From positions 61,814,001 to 61,878,000 of the forward strand of contig NC_043008.1 of NCBI RefSeq assembly GCF_006345805.1: a stretch of DNA of 64,000 nt, written 5' to 3'. Positions 1 to 13,044 of the stretch are shown piece after piece. A model generated the notes under the pieces. The model had not been told where the DNA came from. It saw only the letters and a program-made list of their open reading frames with translations, and did not search any database. This DNA is from Octopus sinensis. Taxonomy: Eukaryota. The first letter of the stretch is position 1. Every line of letters begins with the position of its first letter. Made by a program: the position numbers and the translations under genes.

Positions 1-31
<31 letters not shown>
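1..31. repeat. (TAA)n microsatellite
   Basis: Pure taa repeat at the window start. Confidence 0.95.
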
Positions 32-33
<2 letters not shown>

Positions 34-608
34 GTCTAATAAGACTGAAGACATCTAAGATGAAAGGAAATGGAAATCGTTTTAGCAAATGTGTTATAGA
101 TTCTATATTATAGAATATCAATCTTTTCGAGTGTAGATTGTTTTCAATTATTTAATATTATTCTATTTATTTGTCATGTATGATTTATTAATATTTCTGT
201 GCAGCAAAATTATCCGTATATTACCATCAAATATTAATGGATATTTTTACACCTTCCCCAGTAAAACTGGAAGGTGATAAAATTTATACGTCTCTTTATC
301 TTTATTCTCCAATTATTATGCATCTCCGGCAGAGTTCGCTCTCTTTTGTGAGATATAGAGTAGAAATGCTGTTCTATAAATTTACAACACTATACCCTTT
401 ATTCCTGCATATTTATTAATCAAAGTACCTTTTCTATGGATTCAAACACAATATTTCATGCCTCATAGTCCTGTTTACACAACTGCTGAATTCAGGCTAT
501 ATTAGGTGTGCTTGTTGACACAGAATTTCTCTCCTTTTCCATATCAAACTATTTCCGTCTCTATCTTTCATAAAGACACATATATAAATTCTCTTTCTCA
601 TTCTCTCT

Positions 609-612
<4 letters not shown>

Positions 613-658
<46 letters not shown>
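613..658. repeat. (CT)n microsatellite
   Basis: Pure ct dinucleotide run. Confidence 0.95.
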
Positions 659-662
<4 letters not shown>

Positions 663-906
663 ACACACATATACATGTTTACATTTTTATACGTACGTAC
701 ATACATATAAGTGTGTGTGTAGGCGTGAGTGTGCACGGGTGTTCGCGAGCGTTTATCTGTGTTCCCTGTTCAGTTCTATTTTGAACTATCGTGCCAAGTA
801 GACCAACGCTTTGCGAATAAACCAGTTAGTGTTCGCGTATATACATACATAAACACACACATACGGACACACACACGCACACACACACATATATATATGT
901 ATATAT

Positions 907-939
<33 letters not shown>

Positions 940-997
940 TTAAAATTATAAGTATATGAAAGAATGGAGTTGAACGACTAGTTAACAAATATCCTTT

Positions 998-1082
998 ATT
1001 CTCGACATATGTTTCGAAGGCTGCATATTCCTAATTCCGAAGGAATAAGGAGTACATTATGCAGATTTCTCATCAGGAAAAT
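998..1082 (-). ncRNA. Type I hammerhead ribozyme with intact core
   Basis: Minus strand reads AUUUUC-CUGAUGA-[GAAAU CUGCAUA...UAUGCAG CCUUC]-GAAA-C AUAU G-UC-GAGAAU. Stem I is 6 bp (AUUUUC/GAGAAU). Stem II is long (3 bp, 2x2 loop, 7 bp, apical stem). Stem III is minimal and palindromic (ACAUAUGU). GUC cleavage is predicted between 1004 and 1003. Confidence 0.8.
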
Positions 1083-1213
1083 CAATGAACTTATGTCGAC
1101 ATCAAAATGCACAAAAACTTTTAGCTGACCGCTCTCAAGGAGCCCATGGCGATAATGCATATGTATATATATATATGTATACATATATATATATATATAT
1201 CGATTATATATAT

Positions 1214-1261
<48 letters not shown>

Positions 1262-1484
1262 ATATATATATATATATGTATATATGTATATCGTTTTAAT
1301 GTGTAGAAATTGTTAGTGCAACGTTAATAATAATATATTTAAATTAATATAATATCATTCAGTATTAATTTACTTACTTTATGGAGGTTCTATCTCTTAA
1401 ATCTCTATATATGTATATATATATATATATACATACAGATAGATAGGTAGATATACAAACATATATAGACAGCTAGATGCATAT

Positions 1485-1560
<76 letters not shown>

Positions 1561-1888
1561 ATACATACACACACACGCACAAACACACACATAAATGTAC
1601 GCATATATTCGTTTGTGAAATGTATTTATCTAAAGTATAACTTGCCAGAAAAACTGTGCTCCAACAGATAAAACACCGAGTAGCTAGAGATTGACTCGAT
1701 CAAAATAATCTCTACTAAGGTATTGAGTACCCTTTTTGTCTAGTAACCGATACAGGCACAAAGACACTCGCCTATACATGTGTGTGTAAGGGGGAAGGCG
1801 GCCTGTGTTTATATACATATTTGCTTATAAGAAATAAAAAGGAAAGAACTAGAATGAATACAGGAATCTGAACAAACAGACAGATTGA

Positions 1889-1939
1889 TGAAAGATCGTC
1901 TGATAGATGCGTCGACACATTGACATCTACTCATCAGCA
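1889..1939 (-). ncRNA. Decayed hammerhead-like relic
   Basis: CUGAUGA is followed by a good stem II (GUAGAUG/CAUCUAU). It then reads CAGAC GAUC UUU where GAAAC NNNN GUH is expected. The palindromic GAUC loop is kept, but three core or stem changes and a weak stem I argue against function. Confidence 0.35.
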
Positions 1940-3080
1940 AGATTTCCTACAGCTTAATAAAAAATAATTTTTGTTCTTGAGATAATATTTTATGAATGCT
2001 TCAACAAATATTGCAATATAATTTTAGTTTCTTTTTTATCTTATACATATTATTATTTATGTTGCCATTATGCCAAATAAAGAAAAAATTATTATAATTA
2101 TCAGTTTTTCTCGTCTTTATACCACTATAATGTTCATCCACTTTAAAAAGTTATATATAAGAAAAATTTGTTTTCATTTTTTCCCTGAAGATTACATTCA
2201 TCTTGGTTAAATGAAATGGTTGTGATTTTTTTATTTTAGTTTTTTTACACTCGAGAAGAAAAGAAAGCGAATGATCAGAAATATCTTGTACAATAATTCA
2301 AATATTACTGAGTCGAAAGGTCCCTAAAGAGAAAGACATTTCGGATAAAAGATCAAAGTTACTTAAAATTTATTGGCAATAAGAATATAACCTCTTTTTT
2401 TTTCTATTTTAGGTTTTGATCAGTTTCCCTAGAGTTTCTTTTCTTCTGCGATTTTTTTTTCTCTCTTACTGAAATCAAGCATAACATGTTTGTGGATATT
2501 TAAGCTTCAATTCAACTTTCTAAACAATATAGACTCTGTTGTGTTTCCATAATTCTGTTTCATATATTTTCTTCTTTAGAGCAAAGATTGTTTTTGGAGA
2601 TGGTTTTCGCTACCATTCGATGGTGGTATAATAAGAGAAATAGATTTATCTTCGTTATACAAAATTGAGAAGTGGAAATAATGAATGCGTTGAAGGCATT
2701 GTTCCCAATCATATGAAATTTGGGTAAATCAAACCAACGACAAACATGAATACTTATTTATCTTGTGAATAGAAATTTGTATATAGAGTTGATTATATCT
2801 ATCACAAACAATTGAATTACTGACCATCCCTTGACCAAACTAGTTTCTATTCATGATTTGTTCTGTTGATTCATTTTTATTTTTTTCAGAAGCGAGTAAT
2901 TTAATGTCTTTTCTTTCAATGCATAACTGACAAAAGCAAATCCCAAAAATGTTGTTTATCTTGATGCCATAGAAAGGAGGGGGAGAAACACGAAGTTATA
3001 ATCTGAGCAATCTCTCACAGATTGATTTAAGAATAACGCATCATGTTTCAACATTTGCAGAATGGAGATGAACGTTAACC

Positions 3081-3200
3081 GAACACGCAAACATAAACCG
3101 AATTTATATAACAGATCGTACATATCATAATCAACCAACCAAATTCTATTTTGAACTGGATTATTTCTTATGACCGATCCCTCAATAAAGCAGCATGCCA
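3081..3200. repeat. Diverged dispersed repeat containing a hairpin (paralog of 5911-6030)
   Basis: Colinear similarity to 5911-6030: aacacgcaaa, acagatcg, caacc, tttgaactggat and ataaagcagcatgcc are shared. gatcg (3114-3118) pairs with cgatc (3175-3179). Confidence 0.7.
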
Positions 3201-3661
3201 TGTGTATTTAGATATGCACGGAGAGCATGGCTGCTGCCACAGTATATACGTGTATTTAGCTAAAACAAGAGTAACCTAATATATACACTTAAAAGAGCTT
3301 CGTACATATAATTTTGCTAATACTTATTCCTAAATTTTATAACCATCAGTGAAGCTAACAATGTCACTTCCGTCACATGTTGTATGCTAAGTGATCGGTG
3401 ACACATTTAAGCTTTAATGTAAGAATCTCTTCAGTCTCTTAAATCAGCATTGAAAATTAGATGCTGCTCGTACACACAGCACAATAAGACTGCTGACGTA
3501 TTACACGTAGATTGAACATAACAAAGAATCTAATGATTCAAAAGTGATGCAAGCAAAATAGAATAAGTAAACAACCAAAACGTGTCAGATTCTAAAGTAG
3601 CAAAATCGTTAAGGTGTTTGATACAACGCTTTAATATAAGGATTTAGAAATTATATGTGTG

Positions 3662-3905
3662 GGGGGAGGTGCGTGGCTTGGTGGTTAGGGTGTCAGCATC
3701 ATGATCGTAAGATTGTGGTTTCGATTTCTGGACCGGGCGACGCGTTGTTTTCTTGAGCAAAACACTTCAATTCACATTGCTCCAGTGGCAAAAATGAGTA
3801 ACGCTGCGATGGACTGGCATCCTGTTCAGCTGGGGAACACATGCGCCATTGAAACCGAGAAATCGGACCCATGAGCCTGGCTAGGCATTTAAAGGGCGCA
3901 TTTAT
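3662..3905 (+). mobile_element. tRNA-derived SINE (third family, core-domain type)
   Basis: tRNA-like head with A-box and B-box-like motifs (gtggcttggtggttagg ... ggtttcgatttc), followed by cttgagcaaaacacttcaattcacattgctccag and ending at an AT-rich microsatellite. Confidence 0.7.
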
Positions 3906-4711
3906 ATATTTATATATATGTATATATATAAATATATATATATGCAGACACACACACACATACGTGTTTGTAAATGTGCATTTGTTTGTATAAAAAAAAA
4001 CAGAAGATAAATATTTATAACCCAAACGCTTGTTAAATACAGAGGGGCCACTGACTGACAACTTTAATGATCATTTTATAGAAAACCTGTAACGAATTTG
4101 GATTCCTATCATCTATATTTGAACTTATTTGTATTGTATGTGTATGTAGATGAATGTGCCCGTGAGCGTATTTTTCTGTATTTAACAGTGTGTGCATTTA
4201 TGTACGTATGGATTAAGAGATGAATAAGATTTTGTCATATGTGTATATCATTCTCTTTCCTCTCGCTCCCTGTCTCTCCCACTCTCGCTCCATATATGAC
4301 CGATATATTTGTTTCCACGAATAAAATTAGGAAACGATATGTAAAGAGTTGAATATATATCACAGTTAAAATAATACTTTATAACTTGCATTCTTCTGAT
4401 AAAAATGACGTTATCAGAAACATAGCTCCTATCCTACTGTCAAATTTTGCTTCTTTGTTTCGAAACTTCTACACCTCAGCTGCTCAGAATTTTTGAGATT
4501 GATATATCATTATATGTGCTTGAAAGTTACTACTCGTCGATAATCATTCTGCCTTGGTTAAAAATAAAGTATTCCGCGATCTCATTCGACGTAATATGGA
4601 ATCTTTTGACAGTGTAAATGAATGCAATCTATTTGGTTTTACATAAGTGATTACAAAATGTGACAATGAATATTGGCTTATACACTCGTAATTGGTTGAC
4701 TATATATATAT

Positions 4712-4763
<52 letters not shown>

Positions 4764-5910
4764 CACCACGAGGGGAAGAGATAGTTGCATATAAAAACAC
4801 CATATTAATATGTTCGAAATTACCAGCCACGAAATAACTGCTTACGCTAATATAAGTGTCATTAATTTGTTATTATCGACTCAACTACAGAACTGACTAT
4901 ATACGAAAATTTCTCATATATTAACATAGTTTTAAAAATCTGATAAATTGACATAGTTTTAAGAATCTGATAAATATTATCAGTAGAATATAAAACTTGG
5001 CATTGAATAAAGTAATCTAAAACCTACTGCAATAAAACAAGAGCAGGTTATGGACCGAAAAGTATGTTTACATATCAGCTCAATCACTTGATATTCAATG
5101 AGAAAAAGAGAGGCTACTGAATTATTTTATTCCCATCTCATTTTTCCTAAGTTTAAATTACATATTGCTAAAACTTCCTCGCTTTAATATCGGCAAACAA
5201 ATCAACAAGCACTGCAGAAATATATTCCGTACAAAACAATCTTAAACGAGTTGTAGTTGTATTACTTATATAAACATCTGAATAACACACAAAACAAATC
5301 TAATAACAGAAAGAAACTGTACATGTAGAATGCAAACGCTTATATGTTATTGTTATGCATAATTAATGTATTTTATGTAAAGCAAAATTCACCTCCACAC
5401 GACAGAACCCTAACCGTGGGCGTAGATGTTATATAGGTATGGTGACAGCTAAACTGTAGCAAGGCTACTTTATCCTCTCCTTTTCATGTAGAAATATGAA
5501 CATGATCAATGTGAGACAAGTGAATGCGATAGATTCCAAAGATGAAATTACTGGGTTCAACAAAAACTGAAATCACCTTGGAGAATGAAGAATATTCAGA
5601 AAGTTGAAAAAAAGGAATGAAAATTGTCAACATAATGAGGAAAATTCAACTACTATCTCTTGAAACAACGATCTCATATAACGTTAATGCGGAACTGTCT
5701 GACAGTGTAAAAGCATGCGATGTTGGTTTCTACTTAATTGATTACCAAATGGAACAATAGACATTGGTTTATGCAGTAGACACGTGATTGGGTGACTGTA
5801 TACACCACAAAGTACAAATATATTTGCATGTGAAATCCACCACATTAATATCTTCAAAATTATCAACCAGAAAATATCTATCACCGCAAATATAAATATT
5901 AATTTGCTAT

Positions 5911-6030
5911 AACACGCAAACCTAGACGTATTCTACGTTACAGATCGAACTCATCAAATTCAACCAGCCAAATTGCGGTTTGAACTGGATAGTTCTTAGA
6001 TCTCATCCATAGATAAAGCAGCATGCCTCT
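5911..6030. repeat. Diverged dispersed repeat containing a hairpin; the minus strand resembles a decayed hammerhead
   Basis: Paralog of 3081-3200. Minus strand reads CUA-UGGAUGA-GAUC...GAUC-UGUAA-CGUA GAA UACG-UC-UAG. Confidence 0.6.
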
Positions 6031-7165
6031 CCATTTATATCCAGATACGCAGGTGTAGCTTGGCACTGAATGTTATACAAATGCAATAAATGGACGCCAT
6101 TGTATCGTACCGAAAGTACCATAAACTCCAAATAAATTCAGGACCAGGTTGTGCAGTAACCCAGGGTTTCAAGACTAACAACTTTTAAGTCTCGCATATA
6201 TTAGCATAGTCTTAAAAATCTGAAAAATATTCTCATTAGTATCATATTAAACACATGGTATACCATATGACCATCTGACATAAAAGGATCAGTAATAAGC
6301 TGATTGCTATGAAGAATAACACGCCACTCAATTATTTTCTCGGCGCATTTAATCTGGAAATAGACTCCTCATAAACTTCTGTTTCAAAGCAATTTATTCA
6401 TTCATTCGAATTCTTATAAAAGGATAGTCATTTCCATATGGTTGATCAGGTCTATTGTTAACTGTTTATCAGTATGAATCACGGCTCATCGGTTTTCTCT
6501 TCAGATTTAACGTAAAATTAGGTACATTTTATAAGAAGCTTTCATTAGTACCATTTATAATCAACTACTTTACTGCCCATCAAATTTTCGTGTAGATCAT
6601 ATTATTGTCACCTGTCATCATCCTGCACTCTTAATCATTGTATAAAACATTCAATTTTCTTTATGTTACCAGCCCTACCCTTACGATATATTAACACCTT
6701 CTATCTGTCTACCTGTTTACCTCTGTCATACCCCAATCACTCTCTCTCTCTCTTTCTATATATATGTGTGTGCGTATCTATGGAGTGATTTCTTCGTATA
6801 TATTTATGTACCCACACACTGACACGCACAAATATAAATACACACACACACACACAGTTATTTTTGTATATAAGTATGTATATACACATCTCTGTGTTTA
6901 TAGGCATGTGTCTCTAACGAGAAATTCTTTATTTATTTTTCCTTTACTCAAAATGCAAAAGCTGATTCTTTGAAGATTAAAAGCAGATGCCTCACGTATA
7001 TTCTCGAGACCAGTTGAATTTTTCGTCCAGTACATTCTTCGCACAACATATTAGAGAAAGGTAAAGTCACAATGAATGAGGATTGTACCTTATCATAGTA
7101 CAAACACATATTACGCAAACAAAAACATGCACTCAAGTACACACACATATATACATATACTTACA

Positions 7166-7615
7166 TCTATTATATAAAATCCGTTCTGTCTGTCTGTGTC
7201 TGTGTGCGTGTTTTCTAGGATCTCGGGCATCCACCATCTGATTGTGCTCAAAAAATTATCTGATTGCGCTCAAAAAAAAAAAATTACAAAGAGCGATTCC
7301 AGGTGAGAATGCGATTAATAAAGCCGTTGGAACGTGCATTTATACGCGCTAGCACATCAGCTGTTGCGATGTACTTACTGGTAATTTAAACTCTTCGGTT
7401 GCATATTTGTGTGAATGTAATCGTGTTTCTTTGGAATAGAAAAGTTTATATTTATTTCTTCTTTTGCTGGTGTCTCAAATTTAGGTTAAATCAGTGTTCC
7501 TCAAAGGAGAGGTGTATGGGACGGTCGGACAAGTAATTTTGAGAAAATTTGGTTTAAATTTTTGACAACTAAGCACCGACCATAGACGGAGGGCGTTTGT
7601 TCGTATTTATATAAT
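7166..7615 (+). mobile_element. Helitron-like non-autonomous element, 5' portion
   Basis: Starts A|TCTATTATATAAAA followed by a (TCTG)/(TG) tract, a typical Helitron 5' end and similar to the 5' end of the complete Helitron at 20029. No hairpin-CTAG 3' end was found, so the right boundary is approximate. Confidence 0.5.
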
Positions 7616-7675
7616 TACCAATCTGTCCATACATGTATATATAAACACACACACACACGCATACATACATGCATA

Positions 7676-7757
<82 letters not shown>

Positions 7758-7915
7758 TATATATATATATATTTCATTATTTATTTCTTCTTGGCTCCGT
7801 ATACCAGTATCACGTTTATTCACTCAATATTTCAGTATTCTTTTCGCCCACTCTGTTTATCTGCCCTGCATTACACATTTATATATGTAACATACATACA
7901 TACATAAATATATAT

Positions 7916-7961
<46 letters not shown>

Positions 7962-7984
7962 TATTATATATATATATATATATA

Positions 7985-8440
7985 ATGGAAAACTCTAGAA
8001 GGGTTAGTACATAATTTCCACATTGAATCTTATACAAATGCCGGAGCTGGACATCATTGTATTGTTCGAAATGTACCATCCATCTAAATTCAGGACAAGA
8101 CACTGCCACAGCCTACGTTTCAAGGGCCAACATCTCTTCAATACCACACGAATTAAGAAATCGACATAATGTGGACGGTGAAGTCTTCAAAATGGCATTA
8201 CACATTCTCTTCTCCACACTATCGGATGAGCCGACGGCCTTGCCTGAGCTACAAACGAGGGCAGCACAATCAGACTCCTTCCTATACCAAAGGGGCCAAC
8301 TGCTGGGACAAAAGAACATACAGGATGGTGATTTGAATCCCCACCCAGCATGAGAAAATCAGCTGAAGGCTAATCAGAGGTAACGGTGCAAACTGTGGAG
8401 GTGCTCCAGCATGACCACGGCTTCATAGTTGAAATGAATT
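7985..8440 (+). mobile_element. CR1-like LINE 3' remnant (decayed ORF2 C-terminus plus 3' UTR)
   Basis: Broken frames read [20 protein letters not shown] and VFKMALHILFSTLSDEPTALPELQTRAAQSDSFLYQ. This is the same C-terminal motif as at 30008-30407. A shared 3' tail motif lies at 8397-8436. Confidence 0.75.
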
Positions 8441-8606
8441 AAAGAATGAAAGACTAAAATAAAAATAATTTTATATATTACATACATATATATAGTTATA
8501 TATTATATACATATATTATATAAATATAACGCAGGGACAGTGAAATGTATATAGCTTTGTATATGTATGTCGCCCTCTCTCTCTCTCTCTCTTTCTGTAT
8601 ATATAT

Positions 8607-8675
<69 letters not shown>

Positions 8676-8942
8676 ATATATATACACACATATATATGAA
8701 TTTGTGTAATCGCAGTATATCGATTGGAAAGAAAGTATTTGTGTCATAGGGAAATCAAATCTTTCCCACATCGTACTCATTTTATGTACATGTGTGTATA
8801 TGGTGTGTGTTGTTGCTTATGCGTACGTTCGCGTTTTTGGGTATTTATGTTAGTGTGTATATGTATGAATCTATAATCATACGATATAAAATATATACAT
8901 ATACATATATATAAATATATATATATATATTATATATATATA

Positions 8943-8973
<31 letters not shown>

Positions 8974-9689
8974 AAGAATTATAAAATGGATAGAGTTATT
9001 GTGTGTTGAGAAATTATGCATGATTGGTTTTTATAGTTCTGGTTAGATTAATATTAAAATATATACTTCAGTACCAGATGATTTTTTTTTCCAGAGATTT
9101 TTATTGGATACTTTTTCTCCAATATAATGATTCAGCACTACCTACCTAGATCTACCCAAGATAAGAACAAACTTTGGTTATTATCCTATTCCTTTTTTTA
9201 TGATCATCTTCCTCATCTTATCAATTCTGATAACTGAAAGTAAACAACGAGAATAACAAGAAGCTGACCATCCTCTACAACCAAGCTAATATTAGTTATA
9301 GCGTTTGGTTTTGTGTTTCACTTTTTTAGCAAATGGCCAATCCTACAAACAACAAAAAATTTAAAATGCAGCGATTAAGAATATTGCAACAATGTGTATA
9401 AAATATATATGTTGACTCTGGAAAATGCTTTTCTATTATACCCTAGGTTATTAGGGCAAAAATTCATGCATCCCCAAGTTTATCTTATTTCCTAACAAAA
9501 AGATATCGCAACAACTAACATGTGCACCAGTTTAGATATTATTGCTTTGAGTGCTGAAATAGATATTTTGGATTTGATATCTTGCTTTTGCTGCTGCTGT
9601 TGGTGTCCTATGCAATGTTTGCGGGAGAAATCGGGCTTCCAATGCCGGAAATTTTACAAGGAAATGTTCGGGCTATGGCATCGACAACA

Positions 9690-9829
9690 GTACAAATTCA
9701 TTGGCCCTGAAAGGACAAAAGGTAAAGTCGGTATTGGTAGTTTTTGAACTCCGAACGTAAATCCGGAAAAAGATGCCTCCAAGACTAGTCTCCAGCGTGC
9801 TAATGATTGTGCCAGCTCGCCGCCTTCAA
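9690..9829 (-). mobile_element. Decayed SINE, family B (ggcggcgagctggcag head)
   Basis: Reverse complement begins ggcggcgagctggcacaatcattagcacgc and follows the family B body with many substitutions. Confidence 0.75.
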
Positions 9830-9840
9830 GAAATAATCAT

Positions 9841-9895
9841 ACAATAATAATATTATCATAATAATATATCATAATAATATTATTATTATTATTGT

Positions 9896-9954
<59 letters not shown>

Positions 9955-10050
9955 AATGAAGAAGAAGAAGAACAAGAACAATAAGAAGAACAAGAACAAG
10001 AACAAGAAGATGAAGAGGAAGTAGAATGTAGAGGAGGAGGAGGAGGACGG
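9841..10050. repeat. Compound (TAA)n/(GAA,GAACAA)n/(GAG)n microsatellite
   Basis: Visible directly in the sequence; it explains ORF 9869-10177. Confidence 0.95.
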
Positions 10051-10429
10051 CTGGTATATATCTATAGTTCTGTTTCAGCTTGAGCTGTATGTAAGATAAT
10101 ATGTCAACATATTGACTTCCATCAAGAGTAATTTGCACAGAAATCTGTATAACTATTTTTGTATAACAAACAAACAAGAAATAAACTCTTCAATTAATAC
10201 TTTCAAAGTTTTCATAGTGCGTTATAAGGAAATTCTGTTTCGATAAATCATTAAGTACCAAAATATATGGGCATTCATGAGCGTAACGTGAAAATGTTTG
10301 TATGCAGTGTGTTCTGGTTAAACTTGACAGTTTACCTAAACGGAAAACGAAACACAATATCCCATCTAAAAATAAAATTATTTAATACAAAAATATATAT
10401 CAACGACATTATGGATGAGATAACAATTT

Positions 10430-10800
10430 ACTCAGGTTTTAACGCGGTCTCAGAGAGTTCCGAAGCCTAACGCTTGCGTACCTCACTGTGTTGCTGAGAA
10501 GATATTTGAAAGCTCCTTGACGTAGGCATTGGTGCTGCTGGTAAAGCGATTGGTGTCTTTCCCATCCATACTCCACAGACACTAATCCATGGTATTAAAA
10601 TAGGTGGAATTTGGAGGACTGAAATATGTGGGGTGAAGTAGAAATTCACCGACACCCATTCTTGATTCTTGTTGCCCCATTCTATCAGCAACCACACTCC
10701 CCAACCAGGAACCACAGTCTCCAGCAGCTTCATATAGCCGTGTGAGTTGAGCCTAAGGCACTGTTTATTAACTATTGAATGAAATCTTGTGTGCGGACTC
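10430..10800 (-). mobile_element. Decayed Tc1/mariner-superfamily transposase fragment, maT/ITm-like
   Basis: Frames read LRLNSHGYMKLLETVV...QEWVSVNFY and PPNSTYFNTMD*CLWSMDGKDTN. These match the WPPNSPDxNPxDY.VW motif region around the last catalytic Asp; frameshifts and stops are present. Confidence 0.7.
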
Positions 10801-12422
10801 AGATAGAATGTCTGCTGTGTCCTGCTGGTCACAACCTCATAGTCTGCATCACATCTGTCCACGCCACCTCCCAAAGTATTTACAATATTCATAGTTCACT
10901 GAGCCGCTGTCGTGAAGTCAGCATTTGACAGCTGGCACAAATCTCCAAGATACAAATAACTCTCCGCCAACTTTCGAGTGGCTACCCGTTCTCCATGTCA
11001 GCTAACTTTTTCTCAACAACTACTTTAATATTTAGGTTTCCCAACATCGTTGACTGTTCATCATTAAGGTAATCCTGGTAAAACAGATATAAAAATGCAT
11101 CATTTTTAATCCAGACATCCTGTATAATGAGATATTAAATGTATAAGTAGTGAATTGGGATAAAATCACCAACAGACCTGTAGAAGATGTTAAGTGTGAA
11201 ACAAGAATAGTTAGTGAGAAATTTCCACGTAGCAATATCTAAACGTCATTAAAAATATTACAATCTGAGAGATGCAATGGTAATCTACGTCAGTATAGTT
11301 CTGAACTTTAAATACTTCCTCTTACTGTTGTGAAGAGGATTCGCAAAAATCTCTTCTGTCGAGAGAAATAGAAATGATTTTATTTCTATTTTTAAGGTAG
11401 ATATAAACCAGACACAGTGTTTCTTAATTTATATTTACCACTCTTTGTAGAAGGATAGATTTTGCATGCGACATCAATATTCTCACCTCCATGCAGCATA
11501 TAATATTATTTACATTTGCTAATTTTTAAATCTTAAACAAAACATGTGTATAAGACGCATAAATTCAAGTAAATGTTAGCATATATTTCAGAGAAACAAC
11601 AGCGAGATGGAAAAAGATGAATGCCTTTATCACATACACAACTTCTCATATTAAAATCAGTTGATCAATATAGTGACCTTTCGTCGATTCGAAAGTAATA
11701 AAAGAGCACAAATTATCAAATTATTGAAACTCTAAATCATTATATGGCATTCAGCAGAAGAGAAGGAAACTATGCTGAATTGTTATTTATATGATCGTGC
11801 AGACGTAAATACTTCTGGTCTAATTAATTTTTTTAAGATGTCGAAAGAGTAAAACATTAAAAATTTCTCGTAATTATTAATTATCGTATAATTTATCTAA
11901 AGTTATTGTTTGTGAAATTCTATCCATATATCAAGCATGAATATTAATTTTGACAGTTAAGAGCAGTAAATTAATCACTGACAAATAATATCGGCCTGTT
12001 AATAATTGTACTGATTTATTTCACATCCTGTGCAAAAAATTATATAGACCGTGTTCAGTAATATAACAAAAAAACCCTTGCAAATATTATTTGAATATCA
12101 TGCAGTTTCTTTTACGTAGTTACGTTACGTTCATTGTAATGTATAACATAGTGGGTAGGCATTTATGCTTCAGCCCACTATTTCATACCAAAATGCCCTT
12201 TCACAACGATTCTCTCTCTGCCTAAACGGAATTTTTTTTTTATCAGATTGAAGTCGGTTAATCAGTCAATCTGAGTGATACAATTAGTGTTGTTCGCCTT
12301 ATTTCCAAACGCAACTCAGTACCAATTTCCATGATTTCATCAGATAACTATGAATTCCGCAGTGGAAGCCAATGAGCTCACAGCTGTTGTGCATCAATAA
12401 TGTAGGAGGAAGTGTTAAATGC

Positions 12423-12476
<54 letters not shown>

Positions 12477-12529
12477 TATAATATATATATATTATATATA
12501 TATATATACATACATACACACACAAACAC

Positions 12530-12592
<63 letters not shown>

Positions 12593-13044
12593 GCTGTAAA
12601 GAAAGATAAATAATTAAAGCGAACATCAATAAATGTATTTCACAGAGGAAATGATTTTTAAGGGATTCTTTCTAATTTCATTGCATTAATCATTTTCAAA
12701 TTAAATATTCTACAGAACAGAGAACCATTTTGCTGCTAGTAAATATATTAAAATTATTGCTGCTGTTCATAAATGAATAAATTAGAGACATGTCTAATTG
12801 CAAATATTGCCTGAATACATGATGGAATATCCGAAAATACTATGCACCATTGAAACAGATACTTGTTTTGTTCCATGTTAGCCATTGTCACTTTAAGAGA
12901 ATTCAGAAGCCGGAACTCAGCATTCATAACTAATAAAAATACATACACAAATAATCATATATTCAACTGCCCAAACGTACATACATGCAGGTGCGTAAGA
13001 GAAATGTTTGAAAATCATTTGAGATACGCAAGTAATATTGTCTT

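Noticed and set aside
38-85. CTGAAGA-CATC TAA GAT-GAAA hammerhead-like string
   Set aside because: No stem III, no NUH context and no stem I can be formed.
7678-7771. Recurrent single-base phase slips (TATAATATA, ATATTATAT) inside long (TA)n tracts throughout the window
   Set aside because: Most simply explained by slippage or consensus error in long dinucleotide runs; no informative pattern can be supported without raw reads.
12330-12360. CUGAUGA...GAAA on the minus strand
   Set aside because: The 7 nt between the motifs cannot form stem II.
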